DNA of 64,000 bases, from assembly GCA_964016885.1 (NCBI GenBank), contig OZ024742.1, positions 301,444,001-301,508,000 of the forward strand, written 5' to 3'. Each line of letters starts with the position of its first letter. Within the stretch, counting starts at the first letter, position 1. Shown one piece after another: positions 1-12,989 of this stretch. The stretch is from Eledone cirrhosa. Lineage: Eukaryota. Made by a program: the position numbers and the translations under genes. The notes beneath the pieces were generated by a model. It did not search any database, was not told the DNA's origin, and was given only the letters and a program-made list of their open reading frames with translations.

Positions 1-97
1 TTATGTTTACCTTAAGTAACAACTTGTTTGGAGATTCTAAATTGTTAATAAATAATAAATACAAATTGAATACTTTGCAATTTGTTTAGAAATTTCA

Positions 98-885
98 CAT
101 CATATTCTTATATTTCTCTGTTTGTTCATTTGTATTTCTGTTTTGTTTGTTTCTTTTTTTTTCTTTCTCTCTACCCCCCTCTATCTACTATTTAATAGGT
201 TACTCATAAAATTTGTTCACATCAATGATAAGTTCTTCGTTTTCACTTAACAAACTTGACTGTCTGCAATGATTAGTTAAATAGCACCATTTAACACCTC
301 TCTACTATCCTACCCACTTCATTTCATTCCCACAGCTTCTCTTTCTTTCTCTTCCCCTTTCTATTACCACTATTCCTTCCTTTTCTTTCTCTTTACCCTC
401 CCTCCTCTCTTCCTATTCCCCCCTCTCTCTATATATGTGTGTGTGTGTGTGTGTGTGTGCGCGCACGTGTGTGTGTGTATAATACACATATACCCACATA
501 CACACATACATATATGTGTGTGTGTGTGTAATATAAATAAATACATACATATGCACACACATCTATATATATATATATATATTTAGAAACACACAGATAC
601 ATGCGGACACACACATATATACACGAGTGCATCCGCACCCAACTGTGAGTTAAGGGTGCCAACTTCACCGATGTTGCTCAATGAATGACTGGGACAGACC
701 AATTCAATTTGAACCAGACTGAACCAGTGAAAACCAGTGAAAACGAAGAACTTATCATTGATGTGAACAAATTTTATGAGTAACCTATTAAATAGTAGAT
801 AGAGGGGGGTAGAGAGAAAGAAAAAAAAAGAAACAAACAAAACAGAAATACAAATGAACAAACAGAGAAATATAAGAATATGATG
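98..885. repeat. Inverted duplication: 98-247 is repeated in reverse complement at 737-885
   Basis: catcatattcttatatttctctg...gttcttcgttttcact matches agtgaaaacgaagaac...tataagaatatgatg in reverse complement. Confidence 0.9.
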
Positions 886-1571
886 CCACGAAACTACGTA
901 GTCGAGGAATTTAGGAACAGTTTAGGTATGATACATTTTATTACTAATTATATCTAAATGTTTCTTCTCTCTTCATAATGTATTTTTAACTCTGATACTG
1001 GTTCAGTCTGGTTCAAATTGAATTGGTCTGTCCCAGTCATTCATTGAGCAACATCGGTGAAGTTGGCACCCTTAACTCACAGTTGGGTGCGGATGCACTC
1101 GTGTATATATGTGTGTGTCCGCATGTATCTGTGTGTTTCTAAATATATTAATAACTCCCTCTGGTCGAGCAATCTTTGAAGTGTGGGGACAACTGGAAAG
1201 CTTCCATTACTCATACTTCTCGCCTTCTTCACTACCTCTTCTGCGGCCTCGATATGAATACCCCCTCCGCCTCCGTGGTATTTTCTTCGTGGTTATAAGA
1301 GGCTTAGCTCTGTTTCTCGACCGTTATATCGCGTGACTATCTCCCCCTCCGCCTTTTGGGATTCTTTCTCACGTCGTGTAGACGCGTTCTTGAGACTAGT
1401 AAAATGAGGTATCCTCTTGATAAGTCGGCAGACCTCGCAAGGACTCTATATCTTTGATATATTGTTTTTGTTTATGCCACGAAACTACGTAGTCGAGGAA
1501 TTTAGGAACAGTTTAGGTATGATACATTTTATTACTAATTATATCTAAATGTTTCTTCTCTCTTCATAATG

Positions 1572-1573
<2 letters not shown>
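580..1573. mobile_element. Non-coding PLE-terminus-like element, family A (inverted plus direct terminal pieces, hammerhead-bearing)
   Basis: 580-728 is inverted at 997-1145; 883-982 is repeated directly at 1474-1573; bounded by (TA)n; hammerhead at 1412-1499; no credible ORF. Confidence 0.65.
1412..1499 (+). ncRNA. Type I hammerhead ribozyme, U3-A8 core variant
   Basis: Stem I TCCTC/GAGGA; core TTGATAA (1417-1423); stem II GT(C)GGCA/TGCCAC around a ~44-nt loop; GAAA at 1481; palindromic stem III ACTACGTAGT; GTC triplet, predicted cut after 1494. Confidence 0.75.
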
Positions 1574-1927
<354 letters not shown>

Positions 1928-1962
1928 ATATATATATATATATATATATAGTTGTTATATAC

Positions 1963-2186
1963 TTGTGGTTGAGTAAAACTGGGCTGGAATGGTGAGCTAT
2001 TTCTAGCACTCCTATTATTTGCCAAATGTCCATATCTTGCTATCCTACTTGCCGACTGCCAATGACTTGAGGATTTCTCTTGATTTGAGAAGGTCCCTTG
2101 AAGAGCTGTGGCTTCTCCAAACTTTTGATATCCTAACTTATTAGAATATCCTGGTTGGTTCTTGCACAGCAAAACTGCAGTTGGAA
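1963..2186 (-). CDS. Candidate internal exon of an unidentified host gene
   Basis: Non-repetitive open frame PTAVLLCKNQPGY...QPSFTQPQ between acceptor ttttacttcaaag and donor gtatat; no recognisable domain. Confidence 0.3.
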
Positions 2187-2367
2187 CTTTGAAGTAAAAA
2201 GGTAACTTTTTATCTTGTTTGCTTTTCCTACTTATGAATTTATAATGCTCTGACTAATTAATTAATCCATTCATTCATTGAGCTAAACCAGTAACAGATG
2301 GTGACCCTTATATATATGTGCATGTGTATGCTTATGTATATATATATATCATCATCATTATCATCAC

Positions 2368-5193
2368 ATCGAATAATTAAGCTTAGATTAGTTGTAGGTA
2401 GGAGACTACTGACAATCATCTCGGTCTATGCTCCCCAAGCAGGCCTAGGCAAAGATGAGAAAGACTGCTTTTATGAGCAACTTTTGCAAACAACCACAAT
2501 GACAGAGGACGGAGACATTGTTATGCTAGCAGGAGACTTCAATGGTCATGTTGGACAGCTCCAGGATGGTTACACTGGGGTACATGGTGGGCACGGTTAC
2601 GGTTCAAGAAATGAAGAAGGAGTGAGACTTCTTGAATTTTGTGATGCGAGTACATTGACTATTTGCAACACAAACTTCCAGAAACCTGCCAATCACCTAA
2701 TAACCTACAAATCTGGTGAGCACATAAGCCAGATTGACTTCCTGCTAGTTAGGCAGCGGGACAGGCAGATAGTGTCTAATACCAAGGCATACCCTGGGGA
2801 AGAATGTACCCCACAGCATAGGTTAGTTGTTAGTGATATCTCAGTAAGCAAGAGATGGAATGAGACATATAGGAAGGTGTGGAGAAGAAAGGTCTGGAAG
2901 CTAAAAGACCTTTCACTAAAATACAAATTTAGGAAAGCCCTTCAAGATGTATATGACGAAAAAGAAGACGATTTAGAGACGTATGACATAGATAATAACT
3001 GGAAGTTCTTACGTGACAACTTGCTGCAGGCTACTGATGAAACCTGTGGCTGGAGCAGAGCTCCAACCAGACAGAGAGTGACCTGGTGGTGGAACAGCAC
3101 AGTAGATAAGGCCATTAGAGACAAAATACTAGCATGGAAGGCTTGGAAAAAGGGTGGGAGTAGGGAAGAATATACAGCCACTAAGAGAGAAGCTAGACGT
3201 CAGGTGTACTTAGCACGCAGGGAGGCAGAGAGTAGGAGGTTTGCCAATGTTCTGCGATGGGAAGATCAGAGGCGTGCGCTGTTCCACATTGCAAGGCAGT
3301 GTTCTCAATGCAAATCAGGATGTTGTTGGAGATAAATGTGTCCGGGATGATGCCGGTGTACTTAGTGTCACGAATGACCAGAAAAAGGAGGCCTGGAAAT
3401 GTCATTATGAGAGACTGATGAATGTGGAGAACGAATGGGAGAGAGAGAAATTACCCTTGGTAGATCCGACAGAGGGACCAGCTATTGAGATTGACAAATA
3501 TAGGGCCCAAGAGGCGATTAGGGAAATGAAAAACGGTAAGGCGGCCGGACCATCGGGAATAGTTGCTGAGATGCTGAAGGCATCAGGGGACGTAGGCACT
3601 AAACTGGTTGGACGCATCATCAATCAGGCTATATATGGTGGTGTCATACCCAAAGACTGGTGCAGCAGTATTCTCATAAATTGCTACAAAGGTAAAGGGG
3701 ATGCTTTGGAGAGGAGCAATTATAGGGGTATAAAACTGATAGATCAGGTTATGAAAGTGGCAGAAAGGATTTTAGCACAACTAATTAGAGAAAGGGTCAA
3801 ACTAGATGAGATGCAGTTTGGTTTTGTGCCTGGGAAGAGTACAACAGATGCCCTCTTCTTGGTGAGACAAATGCAAGAGAGGTTCTTAGAGAAGAATAAG
3901 CCACTATACTTAGCCTTTGTTGACCTAGAGAAGGCCTTTGATAGGATACCCCGATCTGTCATCTGGTGGTCCCTAAGGAAGCTAGGTGTTGAGGAATGGC
4001 TTGTGAGGACAGTGCAAACTTTGTACAGAGGTACTCTCAGTAAAGTCAGGGTAGGAATGGAGTTTAGTGAGGAATTCCAGATACAAGTAGGAGTACATCA
4101 GGGTTCGGTCCTCAGCCCGCTCTTGTTCATTATAGTCCTCCAAGCCATAACAGAGGAGTTTAAGACTGGCTGTCCATGGGAACTTCTCTATGCTGACGAT
4201 CTGGCTCTTATAGCAGAATCAGTAGAGGAGCTAGAGAATAAATTCCGGCTATGGAAACAGCAGTTGGAAGCAAGAGGACTGAGAGTAAATCTATCTAAGA
4301 CAAAAGTGTTGATGAGTAGAAAAGAGGACAAAACCCTGATTCCGTCAGGGAAATGGCCATGTTCGATATGCAGAAAAGGAACTGGCATAAATTCTATAAA
4401 ATGCACACAATGCAGGTCCTGGGTACACAAGAGATGTAGCGGGATAGCAGGCAAACTAACAGGTAGCGAGAAATATGTATGCAGTAGATGTACAGGGAAA
4501 TTAGACAGTAGAAGTCGCACTGATAGACACATTTTTCAAATGCGAGAGGGCGCTATAGAAGTGGTGGATAGCTTCCGGTACCTAGGAGATCAGATTAGCA
4601 TGGGAGGAGGGTGTTCCGAGGCCATAGTATCTAGAATAAGGACGGGTTGGAAGAAGTTTAGGGAGCTGCTTCCTCTGTTGACGAAGAAGGGTTTCTCCCT
4701 GCGTATGAAAGGCCAGTTGTATGATGCCTGTGTGAGGAGCGCGATGCTGCATGGTAGTGAGACATGGGCAGCAACCGCAGAGGATATGCGACGGCTGGAG
4801 AGAAATGAGGCAAGCATGCTCCGTTGGATGTGCAGTGTAAATGTGCGTGAACGACCCAGCATAAATGTGTTGAGAGAGAAACTGTGTCTGAGAGGGATAG
4901 AATGTAGTGTACGGGAGAGGAGACTGAGGTGGTATGGACATGTGATGCGCATGGAGGATGACCGATGGGTGAAGAAGTGCCAGGAAATGCCAGTTGAAGG
5001 AAGACGTGGTAGAGGTAGACCACGAAAAACATGGGCAGAGGTGGTGAGAACAGACCTCAGATCATTGAAGCTCACGGTGGAGATGACGAGGGACCGTGAC
5101 GAGTGGAGAGATGCTGTGCTGAATAAGACCCGTCCCACCCTTGCAAGCAGGGAAAAGCGGACGTAAAATGATGATGATGATGATGATGATGAT
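2368..5193 (+). mobile_element. RTE-clade LINE, 5'-truncated, one frameshift near 3300 (APE + RT + PHD-type finger)
   Basis: ORFs 2298-3335 (VYAPQ, AGDFNGH, QIDF) and 3241-5166 (FVDLEKAFD, HQGSVLSP, YADD, RGRPRKTW); (ATG)n tail 5168-5193. Confidence 0.95.
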
Positions 5194-5224
<31 letters not shown>

Positions 5225-5227
5225 CAC

Positions 5228-5690
5228 ACATATATTTATATACATATACTAGCAGAGGTACCCGGCGTTGCTCGGGTATCAAATAGCAGTTATGTATACC
5301 ATTTATGTCAATACTTCAGTGCTGCTTCGAAAACTATACTTTTACAAAATCATTGGCTTTTCTCAAAAGAGGGTTCCTGCCCCCAGGGGTCCCCTACTCA
5401 ATATGTGCCAATTCTGAGAGTTCACATTCATCTGTAGAACAAACGTAGCCCATGTGTCAAGTTTTGTGAAAATCAGTTGCGAACTCCAGAAGTTATGACA
5501 TTTTGTTGCATTGCACTGCAGTGCTTCAGTCGACTCCAAGGAAGTGGTTAAAGGGGTTATCTACTGGGGGGCCCTATAATCAATATCTGGAAAAATGACA
5601 GTGCTCATGACCATCCGGAGTACATAAGTAACCTATGTCTTAAGTTTGGTGAAAATACTGTAGAAATGCATAAGGCTTACACACACATGC
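5228..5690 (+). mobile_element. Non-autonomous Helitron-like element
   Basis: Starts actagcagaggtacccggcgttgctcggg, an ACTAG start plus short GC hairpin typical of non-autonomous Helitron-type repeats; similar start at 28834. Confidence 0.5.
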
Positions 5691-5817
5691 GCGCGTGTGT
5701 GTGCGCGTGTGTGTGTGTTTGTGTGTGCGTATGTATATGTATGTGTATGTCCGTCGGGGCATACGTATGTACTGGCCTAAATTTTCACTATTTACTTTTA
5801 CTATTTTAAGGCAAAGT

Positions 5818-5920
5818 TAAAATCCCGTCGAGGTTAACTTTGCCTTTCATCCTTACAGGGTCGATAAAATAAAGTACCGGTAATGTACTGGGCTTGTGCC
5901 AAAAGTAGAAACAACTATTT
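5818..5920 (+). mobile_element. Partial SINE, family S1
   Basis: aatcccgtcgaggttaactttgcctttcatccttacagggtcgataaaataaagtacc core, shared with the full copy at 58682. Confidence 0.8.
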
Positions 5921-7074
5921 TAATAACCTCTGTCATTTTCGTTTACAATATTATTTACATCATTCTTAAACTCCGAGGCTGGAAATCATTCGGTTATTTT
6001 AAATAGAATATTAGTCTAATGACTCCATTTACACCATAAACTTGGTCTTGTCTTTGCATGAAATTGTTCTTCTCGGTCCACATAACAACTTATTATCCTC
6101 GCTTAATAGATTTAACTCTTACTGGAACACTGCACAAACACACACACACGCACACATGTTAATTAGTTATAGCATTCGTTTCCCTCTTCCACTGTCATGT
6201 ATCAAACAAAGCATCTGTCGCTCTCTCTCTCTCTCTCTCTCTCTCCTGCTATCCCCCTCTTTTAGTCTGTCTGTTTCTTTCACTCTCACTCTTTCTTTTT
6301 CATTTTTATAGATATAGAGATTTTTTGTGTGCAAAGTCGTACCTATAGTCAGTTTTATCGATTTTTTACCTGGGCAAAGGGGGAGTCGATCATTCGCCTG
6401 ATAAGTTTGTGGTTGATTACAAAAAAAATTTGAAAATCGGCCTTGCGGATCAAAAGTTGTTGCGGAACAGACACACACACAGACAGACAGACATTTTCAT
6501 TTTTATAGATATAGATTAGATATATACATACAGTCATATATATAGATATGTGTGTGTGTCTGTGCATAGTAATTATAGGCATTAAAAAATTCCATTTATT
6601 TTACAATAACTGAACACATGTCAAAGGCATAGAGACAAATTGTCTGAGTTTTCTATGGGGTCTCACAATGGGGTAGAATGTTATGCATTATTAGGATCTA
6701 TATTTTAGACTTTACTAATTTGTGAGGAGTTGTGTACTGGGAGGAAAGCCTTTTATTACTGTGCAATAGGAACAGTCATGATATAGATTTTGAGAAGACC
6801 TCAATAGAGAAATAGATTTTACAAATTACAGCTGATCCTAATTTTAGTATTCTTTTTCTGTCAATATTCAGGTTTCTGTCAATAGACAGCAGCCATGCTG
6901 AAACACGGCATTGATTTAGTCAATCATATCAACCCCAGTACTTGTTTTTAGCAACCTCGTGTTTTTTCAGACTGCTAAATTACAGGACATAAACCCAGAT
7001 ACAGATACAAATTTAAATATATACATGGACACACACCCACTCACATTTATGCATATATATATATATATAGTAAA

Positions 7075-7368
7075 GACCCCCTTCATGAATGACCATGGAA
7101 TTTGCACCTAAAAAGTTCCCCTCTGAGGCACAAGTCTGAGCAAGGTTGTTTGTAGAAGACCAGCAATCGCCTATGCATACCTCTCTCCCTGCTCCATGCC
7201 ACCGATGTTGCCCAAGGGAAAGGCAATGGCAGATACAGCTTGGCACCAATGACATCGCAACTCATTTCTAAAGCTTAGTAAACTAGAGGCAACATGAAAT
7301 AAAGTGTCTTGCTCAAGAACACAACACATCACCCAGTTCAGGAATCAAACTCACAATCTCACAATTGC
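7075..7368 (-). mobile_element. tRNA-derived SINE with S2-like head
   Basis: Minus strand has B-box-like gtttgattcc followed by ttcttgagcaagacactttatttca, as in 27884-28020. Confidence 0.7.
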
Positions 7369-7381
7369 AGGCACACAGACA

Positions 7382-7424
<43 letters not shown>

Positions 7425-7430
7425 ATAAAT

Positions 7431-7506
<76 letters not shown>

Positions 7507-7666
7507 AGATCAAAAGATGGTTAAAGGAGTTCCATATATTTTATTATGCGCATTTCAAAAACAAACATCATCAAACAATAATATTTGTGTTTTCATCAGA
7601 TAAAACAGGAGAACATGATATGAAGGCTAAAAAACACTTGTTGATAGTGCAGTTTTAAATCAACAT

Positions 7667-7741
<75 letters not shown>

Positions 7742-7846
7742 TTTTCCAAGAGATGTCAACATGAATGGACCTGTTATTTTTATTTAAAGACATTTTTTAC
7801 AATTGCAACCCGCTCATCCCTTCAGTCTATCTTATTTCTCATTCTT

Positions 7847-7882
7847 TCTTCTGATGAAGGACTAGTATCTGAAACGTTAAGA
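7847..7882 (+). ncRNA. Minimal type I hammerhead motif
   Basis: TCTT-CTGATGA-A-GGA(ctagta)TCT-GAAAC-GT-T-AAGA; loopless palindromic stem III (AACGTT) as in dimer-type PLE hammerheads. Confidence 0.55.
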
Positions 7883-7997
7883 CATCTTCCTGCTATTTCA
7901 AGCATTAACCTAATATATTCCTTCCATATACTGTACCGACTGTGTTGTTATTTCTGTTTACCTTTTACATATATATATATATATCAATATATATATA

Positions 7998-10073
7998 TGA
8001 GGAGAATAAATGGAAGAAAGACAGCCTCCCCCACATCGATCCAATAGAGGGACCAGCAGTGCAAGTTGAAGGTAGTATAATAAGTAAGGCAATCAAAGAT
8101 ATGAAGACGGGCAAGGCGGCTGGGCCTTCGGAAATAGTTGCTGAAATGCTGAAAGCATCTGGAACGGTGGGACACACTATGGTCACCCGGATAGTAAACC
8201 AAGTTATACAGAATGGGGTCGTACCAAAGGACTGGTGTAGCAGCATCATCATTAACTGCTACAAGGGTAAAGGAGACGCCCTAGATAGGGGAAACTATAG
8301 AGGCATTAAATTAATTGACCAGGTCATGAAGGTCACAGAAAGAGTAATAGCGCAACTAATCAGAGAGTGAATTGATCTAGATGAAATGCAGTTCGGGTTT
8401 GTGTCAGGTAAAAGTACCACAGATGCCCTTTTCATTGTACGACAACTACAGGAGAAGTACCTAGCTAAAAGTAAACCCCTCTACTTAGCTTTTGTAGACC
8501 TAGAGAAAGCCTTTGACAGAGTCCCCCGCTCCATTATCTGGTGGGCTCTTAGAAAACTAGGTGTAGATGAATGGCTTGTGAGAGCTATACAAGCCATGTA
8601 TAAAGAAACAGTCAGCAAGGTTAGAATTAACAACGAATATAGTGAAGAGTTTAGCGTAAAAGTTGGTGTTCATCAGGGCTCTGTCCTTAGCCCCCTCCTA
8701 TTTATTATCGCCCTCCAAGCTATAACGGAGGAGTTCAAGACCGGCTGGCCCATGGGAACTTCTATACGCAGATGATCTAACGCTCATAGCCGAATCAATG
8801 GCTGAGCTAGAGAAGAAATTCCAAACATGGAAGCATGGCCTAGAATCAAAAGGCCTTAAAGTTAACTTGTCTAAGACTAAAGTCCTAATATGTAGGAAGG
8901 AGAATAGGGCACTGGTCCCATCTGGGAAATGGCGATGCTCAGTGTGTAGGAAAGGAGTAGGCAGAAACTCCATTTTATGTCCCAAATGCAAAGTATGTAG
9001 TGGGATCACAGGTAAGCTAACTAAGAATATAGATTTTATATGTGGCTGGTGCTCTGGTGCAATAAGTAGCAGCAAATGCCCACAGAATACTAACTCATTC
9101 CATTGCCCAGATGGTTCTATAGAAATAGTGGACACATTCCGTTACCTGGGTGACAAAATCAGCAGTGGTGGAGGGTGCTCCGAAAGTACAGTAGCTAGAG
9201 TCAGAACGGGATGGAAAATGTTCAGAGAGCTTATACCACTATTGGCTGCTAAAGGTTTCTCTCTAAAAATAAAAGGCAGGCTGTATGATGCCTGTATACA
9301 AACAGTGATGGTATATGGCAGTTAGACATGGGCCTTGTGTGCAGAGGATCTACGCAGACTGGAGAGGAACGAAGCTTGCATACTCCGTTGGATGTGTAAT
9401 AGTAATATACGCGAACGGCAAAGCATAAATGAACTAAGTGAGAAATTAGGAATAAGAGGGATCAGATGTTGTTTACTCGAGAGAAGACTATGTTGGTATG
9501 GTCACGTGATGCGCATGAAAGATGATAGCTGTATAACAAAGTGCAGGACGATCAAAATAGACAGTAGCTACGGAGTAGGCAGACCGAGAAAAACCTGGGA
9601 CGACTTGATAAAATCCAACCTCACACACTTAGACCTCTCCAAGACAATGTCACTGGACCAAGATCTTTGGCGTTACGTAGGAATACAGAAGACCCACCTT
9701 GCCTAAGTACAAAGCGAAACCTACAGTCAGTAGGCACCTCTTAACCAAAATACACCTCCGTCCCACTAACCCTACCCCACCGCCATCTACACCACCCCTT
9801 TCGATGTAAAGCTATGTTGGTACCACAACATCCAGTCCTAAATAAATGAGATCGTGTAGGTGTCACGACAAAAAAACACACAGTCCACGCTGTAATGTGG
9901 TCGTGTAGGTAACACGGTAAAAACCTCCCAGTCCACACTGTAAACGTGGTTGGTGTTAGGAAGAGCATCCAGCCGTAGAAAATCCGCCAGACAGTCCTGA
10001 GCAAGACAATTCCCGCCCAGACCCATGCTAGCGTGGAAAATAGATGTTAAACGATGATGATGATGATGATGAT
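7998..10073 (+). mobile_element. RTE-clade LINE, 5'-truncated and decayed
   Basis: Consecutive RT fragments 7998-8370, 8386-8775, 8798-9325, 9335-9706 with stops and a frameshift; finger lacks WVHKR; 3' UTR and (GAT)n tail. Confidence 0.92.
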
Positions 10074-10125
<52 letters not shown>

Positions 10126-10516
10126 ATGCACAACACAATACAGCAATGGGATATTTCTCATGAAATTTCTCATGTAGACTAATTTAGATGTATCATATTT
10201 ATTGTTCCTATAACGATGAACAGGTAATTTCTAGTAATTTCTGAGAAATAAGTAAAAACCTGCTGCTACTCACACAGCACCAATACATTATAGTTGATAC
10301 TAAAATGGCAATGTCAGTGCTTTTCAAATAGGTTTTCATGCTGTTCATGAGATGCATAAATTTGGGAGTAAAATACTAGGTAGATTGCATGTGAGATTTT
10401 TTGGGCAGTATATATCAGTTTGCTTAAATAAATTAGAGAGATAGGTGTGCAGACAGGGTTGGATAGATTTGTATATGTGGTGGGAAGTAACATTTAACAG
10501 TGGGAAATATGCTGAA

Positions 10517-10790
10517 TCATCATCATCATCATCATCATCGTTTAACGTCCATCTTCCACGCTTGCATGGGTTTGGACGGGAGTTTTCCCACTTGAGGCAA
10601 GATTGGTTGTCTTGCTCGTATAGGACTGTCTGGCGGGTTTTCTACGGCTGGATGCCCTTCCTAACACCAACCACGTTTACAGTGTGGACTGGGAGGTTTT
10701 TACCGTGTTACCTACACGGTCACATTACAGTATGGACTGTGTGTTTTTTTTTTCGTAACACCTACACAACCTCATTTATTTCGGACTGGA
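10517..10790 (-). mobile_element. RTE 3' UTR fragment
   Basis: Reverse complement of ~9828-10073 with a (CAT)n tail. Confidence 0.85.
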
Positions 10791-11054
10791 TGTATGTTAG
10801 CCATCCGCGGCCGAAATAAATATATATATATAAAGGAAAATAAAAACTAACGGATTTTACTATGCTTTATACCCACTCCGCTTCTTCTCATGCATAGAGT
10901 ACTATCCTGATTTGTGGTCTCCCCAGTCTCAGCACCACAGACATATATATATATATATAATAACAGAGGAAATGTGGTAAGGAACCAGGTGGACCATAAC
11001 GCACCAAAGTACTCAATACTTGAGGTAGTAGAGTGGGTAATAGGAACCAGTAAG

Positions 11055-11148
11055 ACCCCGACAGCTGAGCTCAAGCCGTTTCGACGGCTAATTCTGGACT
11101 AAATGAAAATTTATCCTGGTATTTAAATAGCCGATCTTCTCAAGGGGT
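11055..11148 (-). ncRNA. Type I hammerhead ribozyme, U3-A8 core (mirror copy)
   Basis: Reverse complement of 11637-11730. Confidence 0.72.
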
Positions 11149-11636
11149 AATTCCATATATGGTCAAAGTGATTGTCAAAAATCAGTAGTAATTCTGTGGT
11201 TGCAAATTAGTAGGGGAGATGGTGGCTAAACCTGCCAGTAGGAGAAAGAGGGGAGGGGGTGGAGTAGACCCAATCAAGCGTTGGTAGTGCCAGCTACAGC
11301 TGGGCATGAGGTCAAAGAAGATACAGGGGAAGGGGAGGGGGAGGAAGTCGGAACGGTAGGTAGAACAATGGGGGGTAGAAAAATGTATTTTTTCTTTCCT
11401 ATATATATTTTTCTACCCCCCATTGTTCTACCTACCGTTCCGACTTCCTCCCCCTCCCCTGTATCTTCTTTGACCTCATGCCCAGCTGTAGCTGGCACTA
11501 CCAACGCTTGATTGGGTCTACTCCACCCCCTCCCCTCTTTCTCCTACTGGCAGGTTTAGCCACCATCTCCCCTACTAATTTGCAACCACAGAATTACTAC
11601 TGATTTTTGACAATCACTTTGACCATATATGGAATT

Positions 11637-11730
11637 ACCCCTTGAGAAGATCGGCTATTTAAATACCAGGATAAATTTTCATTTAGTCCAGAATTAGCCG
11701 TCGAAACGGCTTGAGCTCAGCTGTCGGGGT
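11637..11730 (+). ncRNA. Type I hammerhead ribozyme, U3-A8 core
   Basis: Stem I ACCCC/GGGGT; core TTGAGAA (11642-11648); stem II GA(T)CGGCTA/TAGCCGTC around a ~37-nt loop; GAAA at 11703; stem III ACGGCT/AGCTGT; GTC triplet, predicted cut after 11725. Confidence 0.75.
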
Positions 11731-11806
11731 CTTACTGGTTCCTATATATATAATATATATATCAATGATATTAAATAAATGGAAACTATATTTATAAAAC
11801 CATATT

Positions 11807-11867
11807 TATTCTATTATATATATTTCAAAGGTACTAAACCTTTGGTACGCTCTCATCAGATAAAATA
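11807..11867 (-). ncRNA. Type I hammerhead motif (family C, mirror copy)
   Basis: Minus strand tattttat-CTGATGA-gagcgtaccaaaggtttagtaccttt-GAAA-tatatata-atagaata. Confidence 0.65.
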
Positions 11868-12545
11868 CAAAGTTTGTTTTATAAATATTGACATATCCAG
11901 GAAGAAGATCTTAACGGTTTAAGTTTTTCCTGGATAGTAAAAGGAAAGAAGGGAAAGAGAAGAGAAGTCAAATATTTCAAATTATTAAGCTGAGTATGCA
12001 ATTGAGGTTGAGGTATAGGGCTGAAAAAAACGTTATTTTTAGACTCTAGGTAGATTTAAATAATTATTAGGATATATGTATGTATGTGGAGGAAGAAGAA
12101 AAAGAAAGAAAGAAAAGCTTGTATTTAACGTGAATTTAAAAAGAATTAACAGTTTGTAGGAATGGTGGAATATGCTTCCAGAATTAAAAAAATTATTTAG
12201 CTATATTATGAGTTATAATATTATATATATAATCAATTAGATTATATGAAGAATTATGGTTGTAAGTAAATTTTATCTTATTACATTGCAACAGGTTGTA
12301 AGTATATAAATATCTATATAGATTAATAATTGTGTAAGTATAAGTATTATTGGTGATTTTATAGAAATAAACCACACGTATTAATTGTTTACATTTCTAA
12401 TATGAGTTACGAAGGATGTTGATTTTAGATTTTACATAAATATTTAAGAAAAAGACGTAGTTCAAGTTCCTTTTACTATCCAGAAAAAACTTGAACCGTT
12501 AAGATCTTCTTCCTGGATATGTCAATATTTATAAAACAAACTTTG

Positions 12546-12606
12546 TATTTTATCTGATGAGGGCGTACCAAAGTTTTGGTACCCTTGAAATATATATAAT
12601 AGAATA
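12546..12606 (+). ncRNA. Type I hammerhead motif (family C)
   Basis: Stem I TATTTTAT/ATAGAATA; CTGATGA at 12554; stem II core GTACCAA/TTGGTAC; GAAA at 12587; palindromic (AT) stem III; ATA triplet. Confidence 0.7.
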
Positions 12607-12989
12607 AATATGGTTTTATAAATATAGTTTCCATTTATTTAATATCATTGATATTATACTCCAGAAAACTTGTCAAGTGCTTCGAATCAGTTATAAATAT
12701 ATTTCTTTTATATATATATATATATTCAGCATATTTCCCACTGTTAAATGTTTCTTCCCACCACATATACAAATCTATACATCCATGTCTGCACACCTAT
12801 CTCTCTAATTTATTTAATACTAGCTGGCCCATCTGGTTGGTGCTCAGCTAGGAATACCTGCCTCCACCACTCCACTGCAAAGATACCACACACCCTCCTG
12901 TGTCACATTGTCCTTCCGACTTCGTAGCAAAGGGGAGGAGCTACCGTAGAAATGAGTTAAGCTGTGTTGTTAATATACATACATACATA

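Larger units (their letters stand above)
10960..11745. mobile_element. Family B fold-back element: near-perfect inverted arms ~11040-11388 and ~11403-11745
   Basis: Arms match apart from a 6-bp indel; mirrored ORFs 11274-11504 and 11281-11511 reflect the palindrome; (TA)n flanks. Confidence 0.9.
11759..12655. mobile_element. Family C non-coding element with ~190-bp inverted termini (11759-11947 and 12467-12655)
   Basis: Termini align in reverse complement and each holds a hammerhead; AT-rich non-coding interior. Confidence 0.8.

Noticed and set aside
8368-8370. In-frame TGA in RT read as selenocysteine or readthrough
   Set aside because: It aligns with Arg in sister copies (CGA to TGA decay) in an otherwise broken copy
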